DNA of 64,000 bases. Source: an uncultured Gemmatimonadales bacterium (GTDB taxonomy: Bacteria > Gemmatimonadota > Gemmatimonadetes > Gemmatimonadales > Gemmatimonadaceae). The stretch lies in the NCBI GenBank assembly GCA_963793305.1, contig CAWBZV010000005.1, positions 1,504,001 through 1,568,000 of the forward strand, in the 5' to 3' direction. The notes under the pieces are model-generated. The model had not been told where the DNA came from. It saw only the letters and a list, made by a program, of their open reading frames with translations, and searched no databases. The translations under genes and the position numbers were made by a program. Below are positions 62,172-64,000 of this stretch, in pieces. Within the stretch, counting starts at the first letter, position 1. Each line of letters begins with the position of its first letter.

Positions 62172-62625
62172 AGATCCTGTTCGTGTGCACGGGCAACACG
62201 TGTCGGAGTCCCATGTCCGCGGCGATCGCTCGGCGCATCGCCAACGAGCGTGGGCTCGGGGAGAGCGTCATCGAGAGCGCCGGCACGAGCGCGTGGGACG
62301 GCCAGCCCGCGTCGGACGGCGCGCTGCTGGTGGGCTTGGAGCGCCAGCTCGATCTCAACGAGCACCGATCCCGGACGATCACGCCCGCGCTCGTCGAATC
62401 CCAGGACCTGATTCTCACGATGGGGCCGCACCATCGCGACCAGGTCGAAAGCATGGGCGGCGCCGGCAAGACCTTTTTGCTCTCGTCGTATGCCTCGCAC
62501 GGCGCCGACGACCGGCCGATCAGCGATCCGTTCGGCGGCGATCTGGAGACGTATCGCACGACGGCCGACGAGCTCGAGGCGGCTATCCGCAAGGTCATCG
62601 ATCGCGTCGCCGCGGAGCGGGCTCG

Positions 62626-62629
<4 letters not shown>
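62168..62629 (+). CDS. low-molecular-weight protein Tyr/Arg phosphatase
   Basis: FVCTGNTCRSPM, SAG, DPFGG. Confidence 0.93.

Positions 62630-64000
<1,371 letters not shown>

Overview
High-GC bacterial chromosome segment. Five orphan ADOP-type ABC permeases and the core gene order pepA-plug domain OMP-yicC-gmk-rpoZ-coaBC-udg-dnaB-radA-ispD-sua5-LMW phosphatase-aroE-gap are consistent with a Gemmatimonadota-like organism (inference). Bases 1-48 kb are accessory: ADOP permeases, PadR/TetR regulators, exported hydrolases (penicillin-acylase family, S8, S9, GH5, serine hydrolase, MBL-fold, BNR/VPS10), lipoproteins, a Ser/Thr kinase and a Fic gene. Bases 48-64 kb are housekeeping. The best candidate for an undescribed system is around tRNA-Leu(CAA) at 41.9 kb. 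An Abi_2/AbiF-like HEPN gene sits back-to-back with a predicted ~60-nt structured RNA that has its own promoter-like boxes and terminator (candidate RNA antitoxin). Beside it are a 1.4-kb integrase-less island bounded by a 54-bp tRNA duplication and two small-protein/nucleotidyltransferase pairs. Other notable signals are an in-frame ADOP-permease/acylase fusion, a 47-bp tandem repeat that un-overlaps two genes, a six-site array before fic, and a 52-bp direct repeat around kinase+fic. At least eight +1 frameshifts, one in dnaB, suggest consensus sequencing errors. All family calls come from motif recognition by eye; no database searches were run.
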